The notes under the pieces were generated by a model, which saw nothing but the letters and a program-made list of their open reading frames with translations, did not search any database and was not told the origin of the DNA. Shown here in pieces: positions 30,096 through 39,574 of a stretch of DNA of 64,000 nucleotides (position 1 is the first letter of the stretch; each line of letters opens with the position of its first letter). The DNA is from an uncultured delta proteobacterium (lineage in GTDB: Bacteria; Desulfobacterota; BSN033; UBA1163): NCBI GenBank assembly GCA_963827685.1, contig CAWHBU010000006.1, forward strand, positions 384,001 to 448,000, read 5' to 3'. A program made the translations under genes and the position numbers.

Positions 30096-30132
30096 ATTCT
30101 AAGCAGCCATATTTGAAATGCTTCAACAGAAT

Positions 30133-30226
30133 CTCCTTCCCCTTTGACGGGGGAGGACGAAGGTGGGGGTGAAAAAAGGCCGTATACCCCCTCCCCGTCA
30201 TCCCCTCCCGCCAGGGGAGGGGAGAT
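30133..30226. repeat. G/C-rich REP-like hairpin doublet
   Basis: ctccttcccctttgacgggggagg and cccctcccgccaggggagggg. Confidence 0.7.
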
Positions 30227-30301
30227 TGAGAGTGATTTTTTCCAAAGGTGAGAATCTAAGATATTTGATCTTCGAATTCAACATCTGTTTGATATTTGAA
30301 C

Positions 30302-31811
30302 TTAAGTAGATAACTGTTTCTCCATTTTGAAAATCAATGCCTTTGCTTTTTCGATTCCCATTCGCTTATGGATGAGCCAACCCTTCTTGGCTTGAACCTT
30401 CTTTTGAAGCGATGTGATATTTTCTCTTACCCTTTTCTCTGAAGGTGCCCCCATGGATGGCGTCTCAGTCAATACTCTCTCCGGTCTCTGTATTTTCTCC
30501 ACATCTTTCTCTGTTATCGAAATATTCACCTTCATTTCAGTGAGAGCCTTTTTTAGACTCTGATAGGAAACCTTTCCTCTCCCTTCTTTCTCAGAATACT
30601 TCACCGCTTTCTCCATCACCATTTTAGCCTTCCGCATTGGAAGGGAACCGCGACGGACCAACCACTCCATCAAGGTCGTAGCACCGAGAAACTCCTCCTG
30701 GGCCTGCTTAAACATCTGAGTCTTATTGACCTGGAGCAGTCGGATGACATCCGTCATTACGGAGAGGGCGGGTTTCGATTCGTCCACTAAGTCCATGATC
30801 CAATACTTCGTCCACTGCGTATCCCGGTTAAATCCCATGAAGAGAGCCTTACCAGTTGAGAGGAGGCTCACCACCATTCCATGGGCAAAAGATGTTTTTG
30901 CCTTGATCACCTCTAAGGAACAGGGATTCCGTTTCTGCGGCATGATCGAACTGCCCGAACAATGTCGATCGTTCAGCCGAACCATATTAAATTCACGAGT
31001 GGATAGAAGGATCAGGGTTTGGGCCACGGTAGACAGATGGTCCAACATCACGGCCGCATCAAAGGCCAGTTCTGCCTCAGGTTCCCATCGCTGGGTAATG
31101 GGATCGGTCACATTCTCTGTAGGGCCTTCAAATCCGAGTAGCTTTGAGGTCAACTGTCGATCCACATTGAAAGAAGTGCCATAGCCAGCTGCTGCACCCA
31201 AAGGATTTTTATTGAAGAGACCAAACCAATGGGTAAATCTCTGAGCATCTCGCTCGAGGGCTTGGGCGAAAGAGAGGAGAAGGTGACCAAAGGTGGTGGG
31301 AACGGCATGCTGGTGATGGGTATAGCCAGGCATGACTGTGGAACTGTGCTCCTTGGCCCGCTGAAGAAGAGATTCCATCAAAAAGGTCAGTCCTTCGACA
31401 AAATCCAAAGCCTGATCCCGAAGGTAGAGACGCATGTCGAGGACAATCTGGTCGTTCCGACTTCTACCGGTATGCACCTTCCCTCCAGATTCAATTCCTA
31501 TTCGTTCAATGAGATAACTCTCGATGTTGGAATGGACATCCTCTTTCGAAGGATCCAATCTAAACTTTCCCTTTTGATGAAGCGTTTCTATTTCCCTTAG
31601 TCCCTTGAGGATTTTCTTTCCATCCTGTTTCGATAGGATGGCCTGTCGACAAAGCATGAGGATGTGAGTCTCGATTTCCCCAGAGATCATAAAGGATCAG
31701 CCGCTCATCACAAGGAGGAATTCCTTTGACATCTCTCCCCGAAAGAAAATCGACCATCTCCTGAGAGGGAAGTTCTTCAAACCGCCCACCCCATAATTTA
31801 TCTATCCTCAT
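30302..31811 (-). pseudogene. argH: Argininosuccinate lyase with a +1 frameshift near 31669 (possibly an assembly error)
   Basis: KLWGGRF N-terminus in one frame; EDVH, HTGRSRNDQ, MPGYTH, GSSIMPQKRNP in another; removing one base gives GNRAHILML. Confidence 0.88.
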
Positions 31812-32031
31812 TTTCAATCTCCTGCCCCCAGCATAGTCGGAACCAAACAGGTCGCCCAAAAATCCGAAATCCGAATATCGGCGCTTGATTTAGGAATTTC
31901 GGATTTAATTCCCGAATCCCTGAATTCGCAATCTCTTAATTCACAGGCCTATTTCGTGCTTCGAATTTGAAATCCATTTGATCGAGAACACCTTTGCTGC
32001 TATTTTGCGCACAAAATATTATTCATAAGGC

Positions 32032-33261
32032 CTATTTCGTCTTCCGTTTGGCTAAGATTTCAAAGGGAAGTCCGCGAACGAAAGCCGCATCCGCGCAGCG
32101 TCTCTGATCAAAACCAGTGGTTTTAATGGAACGGATCTCCGGTGAGAAGAGACTCGTCTTCGATTCTCGATTGACGATCTCGATGTTTCCCTTAAAGAGT
32201 TTGATCTTATATTTTCCGTTGACCACCTTCTGAGATGTCTCGATGAAGGCATCCAGATCATATCGCAATGGATGGTAAGCCATCCCGTGGTAAATTAAGT
32301 AGGCCCACTTCTGATCGATCCCTTTCTTGAACTGAATCTCATCCTTGGTGAGGCAGAACTGTTCCAGGTCTCGATGGAGTTTAAGAATGATCGTAGCGCC
32401 AGGGGCCTCATAGATCTCGCGGCTCTTCAGATCCATGATCCCATCCTCAAACATGTCGATCTTGCCGATGGAATGCATGCCGCCAATGGCGTTGAGGGCC
32501 GGGATGATTCCCCCGAGAGGCTTCCGTTTATCATTCAATTTGGTGGGAATTCCGTTTTCGAACTCCAGGGTGATAAAGGAAGGTTCGTCAGGGGACTTTT
32601 CAACGGGCCGATACCACATCCAGATATTATCCGGAAGGGGCTGGTTCAGGTCGATCGCGCCACTGGCGATGGATCGACACCACATCGTTTTATCATCCCC
32701 TCCGGTGATCATCTCGGTTACCGGGACATCCCATGCCCGGCACAGTGCCTCTTCTTCCAATCGGGTTAAATCGAAATCCCGCACCGGCACGAGGATTTTC
32801 AGACCAGGGGCAAACATCTTGAAGACATTGTGCATGCGATATTGATCGTTTCCTTTTCCACTGGATCCCTCAAGGATGGCGTCACATCCCTCTTCCCGGG
32901 CGACCTCTGCCACCTTACGTGCTACAATCTGTCTGGTCATGGAGGTGGAGACAGGGTAACCCAGATAATCTGAGTTGGCCTGAATGGCCCGCGCAATCCA
33001 GACCTCGGTAAATTCCTTCCGAAGATCGAAAAAGAGAGGTTTGATTTTGAGAGCCTTGGCTTTCCTCTTGCTCTCGAGAACTTCTTCTTCTCCCTGCCCA
33101 ACATCAATCGTGATGGGAAGGATCTTCCTGGCATTATATTTTCTTCTGAGCAATTCAATGGCGAGAGAAGAATCCAAACCTCCGGAGTAAGCCACCGCTA
33201 CTTTGTTCACTTTAGAGGTCTCGGTGTTTTCAATTTTTTTCAAAATCTCCCGAATATCCAT
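32032..33261 (-). CDS. argG: Argininosuccinate synthase
   Basis: AYSGGLDS, GKGNDQ.R, KSRE.YEAPG. Confidence 0.93.
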   Translation of the reverse strand: MDIREILKKIENTETSKVNKVAVAYSGGLDSSLAIELLRRKYNARKILPITIDVGQGEEEVLESKRKAKALKIKPLFFDLRKEFTEVWIARAIQANSDYLGYPVSTSMTRQIVARKVAEVAREEGCDAILEGSSGKGNDQYRMHNVFKMFAPGLKILVPVRDFDLTRLEEEALCRAWDVPVTEMITGGDDKTMWCRSIASGAIDLNQPLPDNIWMWYRPVEKSPDEPSFITLEFENGIPTKLNDKRKPLGGIIPALNAIGGMHSIGKIDMFEDGIMDLKSREIYEAPGATIILKLHRDLEQFCLTKDEIQFKKGIDQKWAYLIYHGMAYHPLRYDLDAFIETSQKVVNGKYKIKLFKGNIEIVNRESKTSLFSPEIRSIKTTGFDQRRCADAAFVRGLPFEILAKRKTK

Positions 33262-33351
33262 AAAAGGCACACCTCCTTGGAATTTAGTTTGAGATGTTAG
33301 CATAAATGAACGACTTAAACAATGTTTTTAAACAAAGAGTTATAGTTGGAA

Positions 33352-33424
33352 GAGTATCCAGATTATGATATAGTAAAAGTCAAAAATTAGGACAAATAGG
33401 TATTTCGTCTATTAATAGTTGGGG
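33352..33424 (+). other. Putative attI site, array 2 (no adjacent intI)
   Basis: cagattatgatat.gtaaaa...aggtatt.cgt.tattaat.GTTGGG shared with 23205-23275. Confidence 0.68.
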
Positions 33425-33426
33425 CC

Positions 33427-33714
33427 ATGATGAAAATGAAACCCAAACGAATACGATTGGCTGACTATCCACGCGTCACCAAATGCGACTTTCCAAAGAC
33501 ACTCCACGTGGCTTACGCTGTTTGCACAAGTAAATGTGGCGCAAGAGAATTCATTGTCGATGGCAGCACCCAAATGTGTCAGCACTGCGGGGCTCTGATG
33601 TTCCGAACAGAGGTCGCCGCATACACATTGAAAACATTAAGTGGCCTCAACAAACGCATCCACCGTGCAGTTCACCGCGCTGCGCGCGGTGGCCGTACGG
33701 CACGCCGCCGGTGA
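33427..33714 (+). CDS. Small zinc-ribbon hypothetical protein (gene cassette); ORF reads into its attC
   Basis: CxxxC and CxxC pairs; C-terminal Arg/Ala tail encoded by the attC. Confidence 0.6.
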   Translation: MMKMKPKRIRLADYPRVTKCDFPKTLHVAYAVCTSKCGAREFIVDGSTQMCQHCGALMFRTEVAAYTLKTLSGLNKRIHRAVHRAARGGRTARRR

Positions 33715-33725
33715 TGCGTGGCGTT
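33645..33725 (+). other. attC site interrupted in its R' box; remainder GTTAGGC at 34312-34318
   Basis: CCTCAAC..cgcatccaccg / cggtgatgcg..GTT. Confidence 0.8.
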
Positions 33726-34311
33726 GAGCCTGTAGAAAAAGTCTTAAAAGCATGATAAAATCGCCATATCAGTAGCGGCAAAGAGAGCGGAGACCGCTTA
33801 GGAGGGACTGGATGGCGAGATACAAAGAGTTTGATTATTCACAGGGAAAGTTCATACCGATCCACTTTGACCGACAGATCTTACCCGGGACGTTTGAGTA
33901 TAGCCTTCATCCGCCTACGCAGGAGACCACGTTCTTGGCCGCGGAGAAATTCGTCGCTTTGGCAGCAATCGTCACAGCGATAGACCTGCTGTGCTTCGGC
34001 GGATTTCGCCAACCGGCGGATGACCCACCGAAGCCTTGGCGTAGGTGGGTATGTTTGTTGGGGACCACGGGCTTGCCCGTGGGGCTCCATTACCTGATTG
34101 ACAACGAGATAGACGTATCGATTTCTGATTGTCGGTACCGAAATGACGGGCTGGGAGCGCTTTCCTATGATCCTGCGATTCTTTTTGAGGTCATCAATAT
34201 AAGGAATTGTGTCACGAATCGAAGAAGCCTCGATGAGAGAAAATGATCATTTTCTATTTTTGATCCAGCAGAAGAAGCGGTTTTTAAAAAAGTGACTTTT
34301 TCTACAGGCTC
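33726..34311 (+). mobile_element. Internally deleted IS1182-family element
   Basis: 18-bp perfect TIR gagcctgtagaaaaagtc / gactttttctacaggctc; GTT duplicated at both flanks; transposase N-terminus MARYK..YSQGKFIP..F..Q..PGTFEY...Y.ND..GA..YDPAIL. Confidence 0.8.
33812..34246 (+). pseudogene. Truncated IS1182-family transposase carrying a 180-bp in-frame insertion
   Basis: Only the N-terminal ~70 aa are recognisable; insertion at 33911-34090. Confidence 0.75.
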
Positions 34312-34330
34312 GTTAGGCCGCCAAAGGACG

Positions 34331-35203
34331 ATGAGTCTATCAGAATTCATCGCAAACAATAAAAAAGCGATCTTGCTCGATGGTGCGATGGGTACTCAAT
34401 TGGCAGAAGCTGGTCTGGAAATGGGCGGTCAAACCAGTATCACCCATCCGGATGCAGTGCTGGCCATTCATCGACAATATGTTGAGTGTGGGGTTGACGT
34501 GCTCATCACAAATACGCTGGCGATGAACCGGGTTAACATTGAGTCGCACAATGTCGGCGTGGATGTGAGGGAGGTGAATTTGGCTGGGGCCAAACTGGCT
34601 AAAGCCTCTGTTCGTCAGGGTCAATATGTGCTGGGGGATATGAGTTCAACCGGCAAAATGCTGAAACCGTATGGGGATCTCTCAGAAGATGACGCTTATG
34701 CTACCTTCAAGGAGCAAGCAGCCATTTTGGCGGAAGGTGGGGTGGATGGCTTCATTATCGAAACGATGTTTGACTTGCGTGAAGCTCTGTGCGCTTTGCG
34801 GGCCTGCAAAGAGGCTGCCGATCTACCAGTCATTGCTTCGATAGCTTTCAACACCGTTAAGAACGGAGGAAGGACCATCATGGGCAACTCTGCACGTGAT
34901 TGTGCCCAAGGCCTGACCGAAGCAGGAGCCTGCGCTGTCGGGGCCAATTGTGGTAGCCTTGATCCGTTCCAGATGTCTGAAGTTGTGTTAAAGATGCGAG
35001 AAGCTACGTCATTGCCTGTTTTGGCTCAACCTAACGCAGGTAAACCTAGATTCGTTGAGAATCGGACGGTCTTTGACATGTCTCCGTCTGATTTTGCTGC
35101 GGGAATATATCAATGTTTACAGGCCGGAGCCCAGTTAATCGGAGGATGTTGTGGAACTTCTCCAGCCCACATCAGGGCCATAGTAGCATTGTTAAGGGAA
35201 TAG
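34331..35203 (+). CDS. Homocysteine S-methyltransferase family protein (gene cassette)
   Basis: LLDGAMGT, IETMFDL.E, GANC, PNAG.P, IGGCCGT.P.HI. Confidence 0.9.
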   Translation: MSLSEFIANNKKAILLDGAMGTQLAEAGLEMGGQTSITHPDAVLAIHRQYVECGVDVLITNTLAMNRVNIESHNVGVDVREVNLAGAKLAKASVRQGQYVLGDMSSTGKMLKPYGDLSEDDAYATFKEQAAILAEGGVDGFIIETMFDLREALCALRACKEAADLPVIASIAFNTVKNGGRTIMGNSARDCAQGLTEAGACAVGANCGSLDPFQMSEVVLKMREATSLPVLAQPNAGKPRFVENRTVFDMSPSDFAAGIYQCLQAGAQLIGGCCGTSPAHIRAIVALLRE

Positions 35204-35245
35204 ATCGTGCAGCGACGAATTACATCAAAACGAAGGATAGGATTT

Positions 35246-35302
35246 GCATAACAAATCAATCCAGCCAATCGCTTATAGCGCCGGCTGATTTTTATGTTAT
35301 GC
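35246..35302 (+). other. attC site
   Basis: GCATAAC..aatccagcc / ggctgatt..GTTATGC, 57 bp. Confidence 0.82.
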
Positions 35303-35332
35303 CCTTTAATACTAAATTGAAAAGGAGTAAAT

Positions 35333-35884
35333 ATGAACAAATGTCTTGTTATGGTTGATTTGCAGAATGATTATTTCCCCGGTGGCAAAATGGAACTTGT
35401 CGGCATCGAAGATGCTGCAGAAAATGCTCGGATTCTCTTGACTGAATTCAGAAAGACAAAATTAACTATCGTCCATATACAGCACATTTCCATCCTCCCT
35501 AACGCTTTCTTCTTCTTACCCGACACTGATGGAGTAAAAATAAACGAAAGGGTAACTCCCCAAGAGGGCGAAGCAGTTGTCTCAAAAAACTATCCAAACA
35601 GCTTCCGTGATACATCCCTACTGGAAATCCTAAGAAATGCGCACGTTGACAATCTCGTAATCTGTGGCGCTATGAGCCACATGTGCATAGACGCAACCAC
35701 CCGAGCGGCCTTTGACTTGGGCTTCAATTGCATTGTTGCGAAGGATGCTTGCGCGACAATGGACTTGGTTTTTAAAAACAAAACCATAAAAGCATCAGAG
35801 GTTCATGCGTCCTTTATGGCGGCATTATCGTTTCCTTACGCCAAAGTAGTTTTAACAAGAGATATCGTGAAAAGCAGGGCATAA
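35333..35884 (+). CDS. Isochorismatase/cysteine hydrolase family (gene cassette)
   Basis: VDLQNDYF, K..PNSF..T.L, GAMSHMCIDATTRAA.D.G. Confidence 0.9.
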   Translation: MNKCLVMVDLQNDYFPGGKMELVGIEDAAENARILLTEFRKTKLTIVHIQHISILPNAFFFLPDTDGVKINERVTPQEGEAVVSKNYPNSFRDTSLLEILRNAHVDNLVICGAMSHMCIDATTRAAFDLGFNCIVAKDACATMDLVFKNKTIKASEVHASFMAALSFPYAKVVLTRDIVKSRA

Positions 35885-35916
35885 CCATCGAATCTGGCTG
35901 AGCCGCATCGTTAGAG
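35879..35916 (+). other. Shortened (internally deleted) attC
   Basis: GCATAAC...GTTAGAG span only 38 bp, central stem lost. Confidence 0.55.
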
Positions 35917-35933
35917 CAATTAAGGAGTACTCC

Positions 35934-36563
35934 ATGGGTTTCATTGAAAAATTCGTGAAGCAATGCAGAAAACCTTCAGGCCGGTTTGGTAAATTTGTCG
36001 GCAGAACTATGAATTTAGGCCATAACAGAATTAGGCACTGGGGGCTCAGTCACATTTCTATTAAGCCTGATGCAAACATTCTCGATATTGGCTGTGGTGG
36101 AGGCAAGGCCGTTCAGGAGTTGGCTATGTCTACTCCAAATGGAAAAGTTTATGGAATCGATTATTCCGAAGATATGGTTCAATTAACAAAAAAGGTAAAT
36201 AAGGCACTTATAAAAAAGGGCTTGGTTGAAATAAAGTACGGAACTGTTTCATCTTTGCCGTTTGCAGACAATATGTTCGATCTTGCAACAGCATTTGAAG
36301 CTTACTATTTTTGGCCGAATTTAATTGACGATCTAAAAGAAATTAAGCGCGTTTTAAAACCAGGAGGAACCTTTTTAATTGTCAATGAAGTTTATAAAGA
36401 TGATAAATTCGAAAAACGAAATACGAAATGGGCTAAATTGCTTGATATGCAGCTTCATACTCCAAATGAATATAAGGACTTTCTAACTAAAGCGGGGTAC
36501 CATATCATTGAAATTGATAATATTCCTCAAAAGAATTGGATTGCCGCTATTGCGAAAAAATAA
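35934..36563 (+). CDS. Class I SAM methyltransferase (gene cassette)
   Basis: Q.RKP.G..G, LDIGCGGG, GIDYS, YFWP, RVLKPGG; followed by TTCTAAC R'' box. Confidence 0.88.
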   Translation: MGFIEKFVKQCRKPSGRFGKFVGRTMNLGHNRIRHWGLSHISIKPDANILDIGCGGGKAVQELAMSTPNGKVYGIDYSEDMVQLTKKVNKALIKKGLVEIKYGTVSSLPFADNMFDLATAFEAYYFWPNLIDDLKEIKRVLKPGGTFLIVNEVYKDDKFEKRNTKWAKLLDMQLHTPNEYKDFLTKAGYHIIEIDNIPQKNWIAAIAKK

Positions 36564-36575
36564 AGGAATTCTAAC

Positions 36576-36730
36576 AATTACTAAGGAGTCCATAATTGAA
36601 AAGACATATTGTTGTAAAAATCTCCCCTAACCCCTCTTTTCCAAAGAGGGGGAATTCCTCCCTTTTGTAAAGGGAGGGTAGGAGGGATTTGGTCTTCAAC
36701 GTCCATACAATTATGGACTGATTAGTAATT
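36576..36730. mobile_element. MITE with ~23-bp TIR enclosing REP hairpins, inserted right after an attC R'' box
   Basis: aattactaa..agtccataattg / caattatggactgattagtaatt; internal cccctcttttccaaagagggg and ctcccttttgtaaagggag. Confidence 0.7.
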
Positions 36731-36922
36731 CAAGCAGGATTCGGCTAGCACGAGGTGTGCGGTGGATGATTGTAGTGGTTGAACTCTGATTAATTTTTTG
36801 AATGCGAGTGCAGATACCCGCCGAACCGCCTAATTAACCGTCTGAGATTGTAAATCCCCTCTCCCCATTGGAAATATAATACACAACTGGTCTTTCGGGT
36901 CCAACTGCCGTATAATTTCCTC

Positions 36923-38269
36923 GTGCCGAAAGCCCTCCTGATCCATTCAACTGAAAAATCGCTCGTGGTGGCCGAGCAGCCTGTCTCGGTCTTTCCGGTC
37001 TTGGGGGTGATTACGGTGGCAGCCCTCTTTCCCGAGAGTTGGGAAGTAAATATCGCCGACGAAACCATCGAGGAGATCGACCTCGACCGGAAGGTCGATC
37101 TTGTAGGTATCTCGACGCTCACCCTCAATGCCTGTCGTGCTTATGATCTGGCAGATCATTTTCGCAATAAAGACATACCTGTTTTGATGGGGGGCATGCA
37201 CCCCTCGGCCCTGCCGGAAGAATCTCTCCAGCACGCTGATGCCGTTGTCGTGGGTGAAGCAGAAGGGGTATTCCATCGCGTTCTTTCGGATCTGGGAAAC
37301 GGCAGGATGAAGGGGATCTATAAGAGTGAGGAGCTTCCGGATATTACGAAAGTGCCGCACCCGCGATTTGACCTCCTTCATCCCAAACACCGCCGTTTCA
37401 TCCACTCCGTCCAGGCCACGCGCGGTTGTCCTCATGACTGTGATTTTTGTTCCGTCACTCCCTTCTTTGGACACAGATACCGTCTGAGACCCGTCGAGGA
37501 TGTCATCCGTGACCTCCGGACTTCCCTCGAACAGGCCTCATCGAGAACGGTCTTCTTCGTTGATGACAATATCGGCGGCAATCCCCCTTATGCGAAGGAA
37601 GTCTTTCGAGCCCTCATCCCTCTGAAGATAAAGTGGGGAAGTTTTGCTTCTGTAGCGTTCACAAGGGATCGTGAATTGATCGACCTCGCCGTAAAATCTG
37701 GCTGTATCGAGCTCTTCATCGGCTTTGAATCTATCTCCCAGGAAAATCTGGACACCTCGCACAAATCCTGGGTCCGAGCGGATCGGATGACGGAGTATAT
37801 CAAGATCTTCCACGACCACGGCATCATTGTTGAGGGCGCATTTATCTTCGGCCATGAAAACGATCGAAAAGATATCTTCCGGAAGACAGTGGATTTTGTC
37901 CAAACGGCCGGCATCCAGGTTCCTGTATTCGGTATCCTCACTCCCTACCCGGCTACCCGCCTGAGAGCTAAACTGACCAATGAAGAGAGGCTTTTACCCG
38001 AGTCCTCCAATTGGCGGCTCTACGACGGTTCCCATGTCCTTTTCAGGCCGGCCCATATGTCGCCCGAAGAACTGGAGGAGGGATTCCTCTGGGCCAAGAA
38101 ATATTGTTCGGCACCGCGCTCGGTCTTCAGAAGGATGTTCCGAGCGCCGAGGACTCATTGGCTTACAGCTCTGGGACTCAATTTTTCGATGTATTTCGGC
38201 AGGACAAAACAGATCAGAGCGCGTTGGCCTCGCTCCAAAGGACGATTGGTCCGGCCAGGGACATGGTAG
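36923..38269 (+). CDS. B12-binding domain radical SAM protein
   Basis: GGMHP, GEAE, RGCPHDCDFC, FVDDN, IGFES, TPYP.T. Confidence 0.9.
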   Translation: MPKALLIHSTEKSLVVAEQPVSVFPVLGVITVAALFPESWEVNIADETIEEIDLDRKVDLVGISTLTLNACRAYDLADHFRNKDIPVLMGGMHPSALPEESLQHADAVVVGEAEGVFHRVLSDLGNGRMKGIYKSEELPDITKVPHPRFDLLHPKHRRFIHSVQATRGCPHDCDFCSVTPFFGHRYRLRPVEDVIRDLRTSLEQASSRTVFFVDDNIGGNPPYAKEVFRALIPLKIKWGSFASVAFTRDRELIDLAVKSGCIELFIGFESISQENLDTSHKSWVRADRMTEYIKIFHDHGIIVEGAFIFGHENDRKDIFRKTVDFVQTAGIQVPVFGILTPYPATRLRAKLTNEERLLPESSNWRLYDGSHVLFRPAHMSPEELEEGFLWAKKYCSAPRSVFRRMFRAPRTHWLTALGLNFSMYFGRTKQIRARWPRSKGRLVRPGTW

Positions 38270-38336
38270 TGCGGGATTCCTCTCCGGATCGAGGAATGCT
38301 GGATGGGGTCACTTGTCTTCAAGCGGAGGTGAATCT

Positions 38337-38723
38337 ATGGCAGTTCGTATCGTGCAACTCGGAAGTCCCCGTAGAAGCGGCGAAGGGCTGCGCATTGGCA
38401 CAGTTCGGCGCCCACCAAGAGGCGTGCCCAAAAACGAGTTTGCATCGCGCAATTACTATGATGTGTGGCTGCCTAACCTCGCGCCCAGCGACCAGCTTCT
38501 CAAGGCCGGACGAGCAGCTAAAGACGAGACCGATTGGCGCTCTTTCATCAAACGCTACCGCTCGGAAATGAGCCGAGCAGAGAACAGCCGGGTTCTTGAT
38601 CTGCTCGCTGCGTTATCGCACCAAGCGAATTTTTCGGTCGGATGTTATTGCAATGACGAGCAGCACTGCCATCGCTCAGTGCTTCGTCAACTCCTCGCCG
38701 AGCGTGGTGCTTCGCTCGCCTGA
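38337..38723 (+). CDS. DUF488 family protein
   Basis: RRPPRGVPK, W.P.LAPS, F..RY..EM, C.....CHR..L; RBS ggaggt. Confidence 0.85.
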   Translation: MAVRIVQLGSPRRSGEGLRIGTVRRPPRGVPKNEFASRNYYDVWLPNLAPSDQLLKAGRAAKDETDWRSFIKRYRSEMSRAENSRVLDLLAALSHQANFSVGCYCNDEQHCHRSVLRQLLAERGASLA

Positions 38724-38814
38724 GTGAGTAGGCAATCGTAGAATAGAAAGAGGGAAGGTTGCTGTGTTTTTGACTCTACATTCTACACTCCGCATTCCGC
38801 AATCTAAATTCTGT

Positions 38815-39561
38815 TCAGACAATTCCCCCATCGACCACGATCGTTTGGCCGGTGATGTAGTTTGAATGTTCTGATGCCAGAAAGAGAACAGCCTGTGCAA
38901 CTTCCTCCGGTTTCCCGATCCTTCCGAGGCTGGAGGATTTAATGATCGCCTCGACTTTCTCCTTGGGCATTTTGGACACCACTTCCGATTCGATCAAGCC
39001 TGGGGCCACCGCATTCACATGGATGTTGAAAGAACCCAATTCTCGAGCAAGCGACTTTGTAAAGCTGATCATCCCTCCTTTGGTTGCCGCATAATTGGCC
39101 TGTCCTGGAGTGCCCATCATCCCGCTGATGGAAGAGATATTGATGATCTTCCCTCTTCTCTGCGGAATCATCTTTCGAATCACGATTCTGCAACAATGGA
39201 AAAGACTGGTCAGATTTGTCCTGAGCAGAGATTCCCAATCCTCATCACTCATCAACATGAGGAAGTTATCCCGGACGAGGCCCACATTATTAACCAAAAT
39301 ATCAATCTTCCCATATTGAGCAAAAGTCTCTTCCACCATCTCTTTTACCTGATCGAACTGTGTGACATCCGCTTTAAACAGACCGAGGCTCAGGCCTCTG
39401 GATTTGGCTTCCTTCTTGAGATCTTCTGCGGCATCCACATCCTTTGAAAAATTGGCGACAACCTTTGCCCCCTGCTCGGCAAAGAGGAGACAGATCGCCT
39501 TTCCGATCCCTTTCGTTCCGCCTGTGACAATGGCTACCTGATTTTCCAATAGCATCTTCAT
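38815..39561 (-). CDS. fabG: 3-oxoacyl-ACP reductase
   Basis: [30 protein letters not shown]. Confidence 0.9.
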   Translation of the reverse strand: MKMLLENQVAIVTGGTKGIGKAICLLFAEQGAKVVANFSKDVDAAEDLKKEAKSRGLSLGLFKADVTQFDQVKEMVEETFAQYGKIDILVNNVGLVRDNFLMLMSDEDWESLLRTNLTSLFHCCRIVIRKMIPQRRGKIINISSISGMMGTPGQANYAATKGGMISFTKSLARELGSFNIHVNAVAPGLIESEVVSKMPKEKVEAIIKSSSLGRIGKPEEVAQAVLFLASEHSNYITGQTIVVDGGIV

Positions 39562-39574
39562 CCTCCAATTTTAA

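Noticed and set aside
36790-36850. Third attI-like site (ccgccgaaccgcctaattaaccgtc)
   Set aside because: Lacks the GTT crossover triplet, does not resemble the two attI copies, and no attC follows the next gene
37980-38336. N-terminal extension of the DUF488 ORF as given in the ORF track
   Set aside because: Overlaps the rSAM gene; a good RBS and family start lie at 38337
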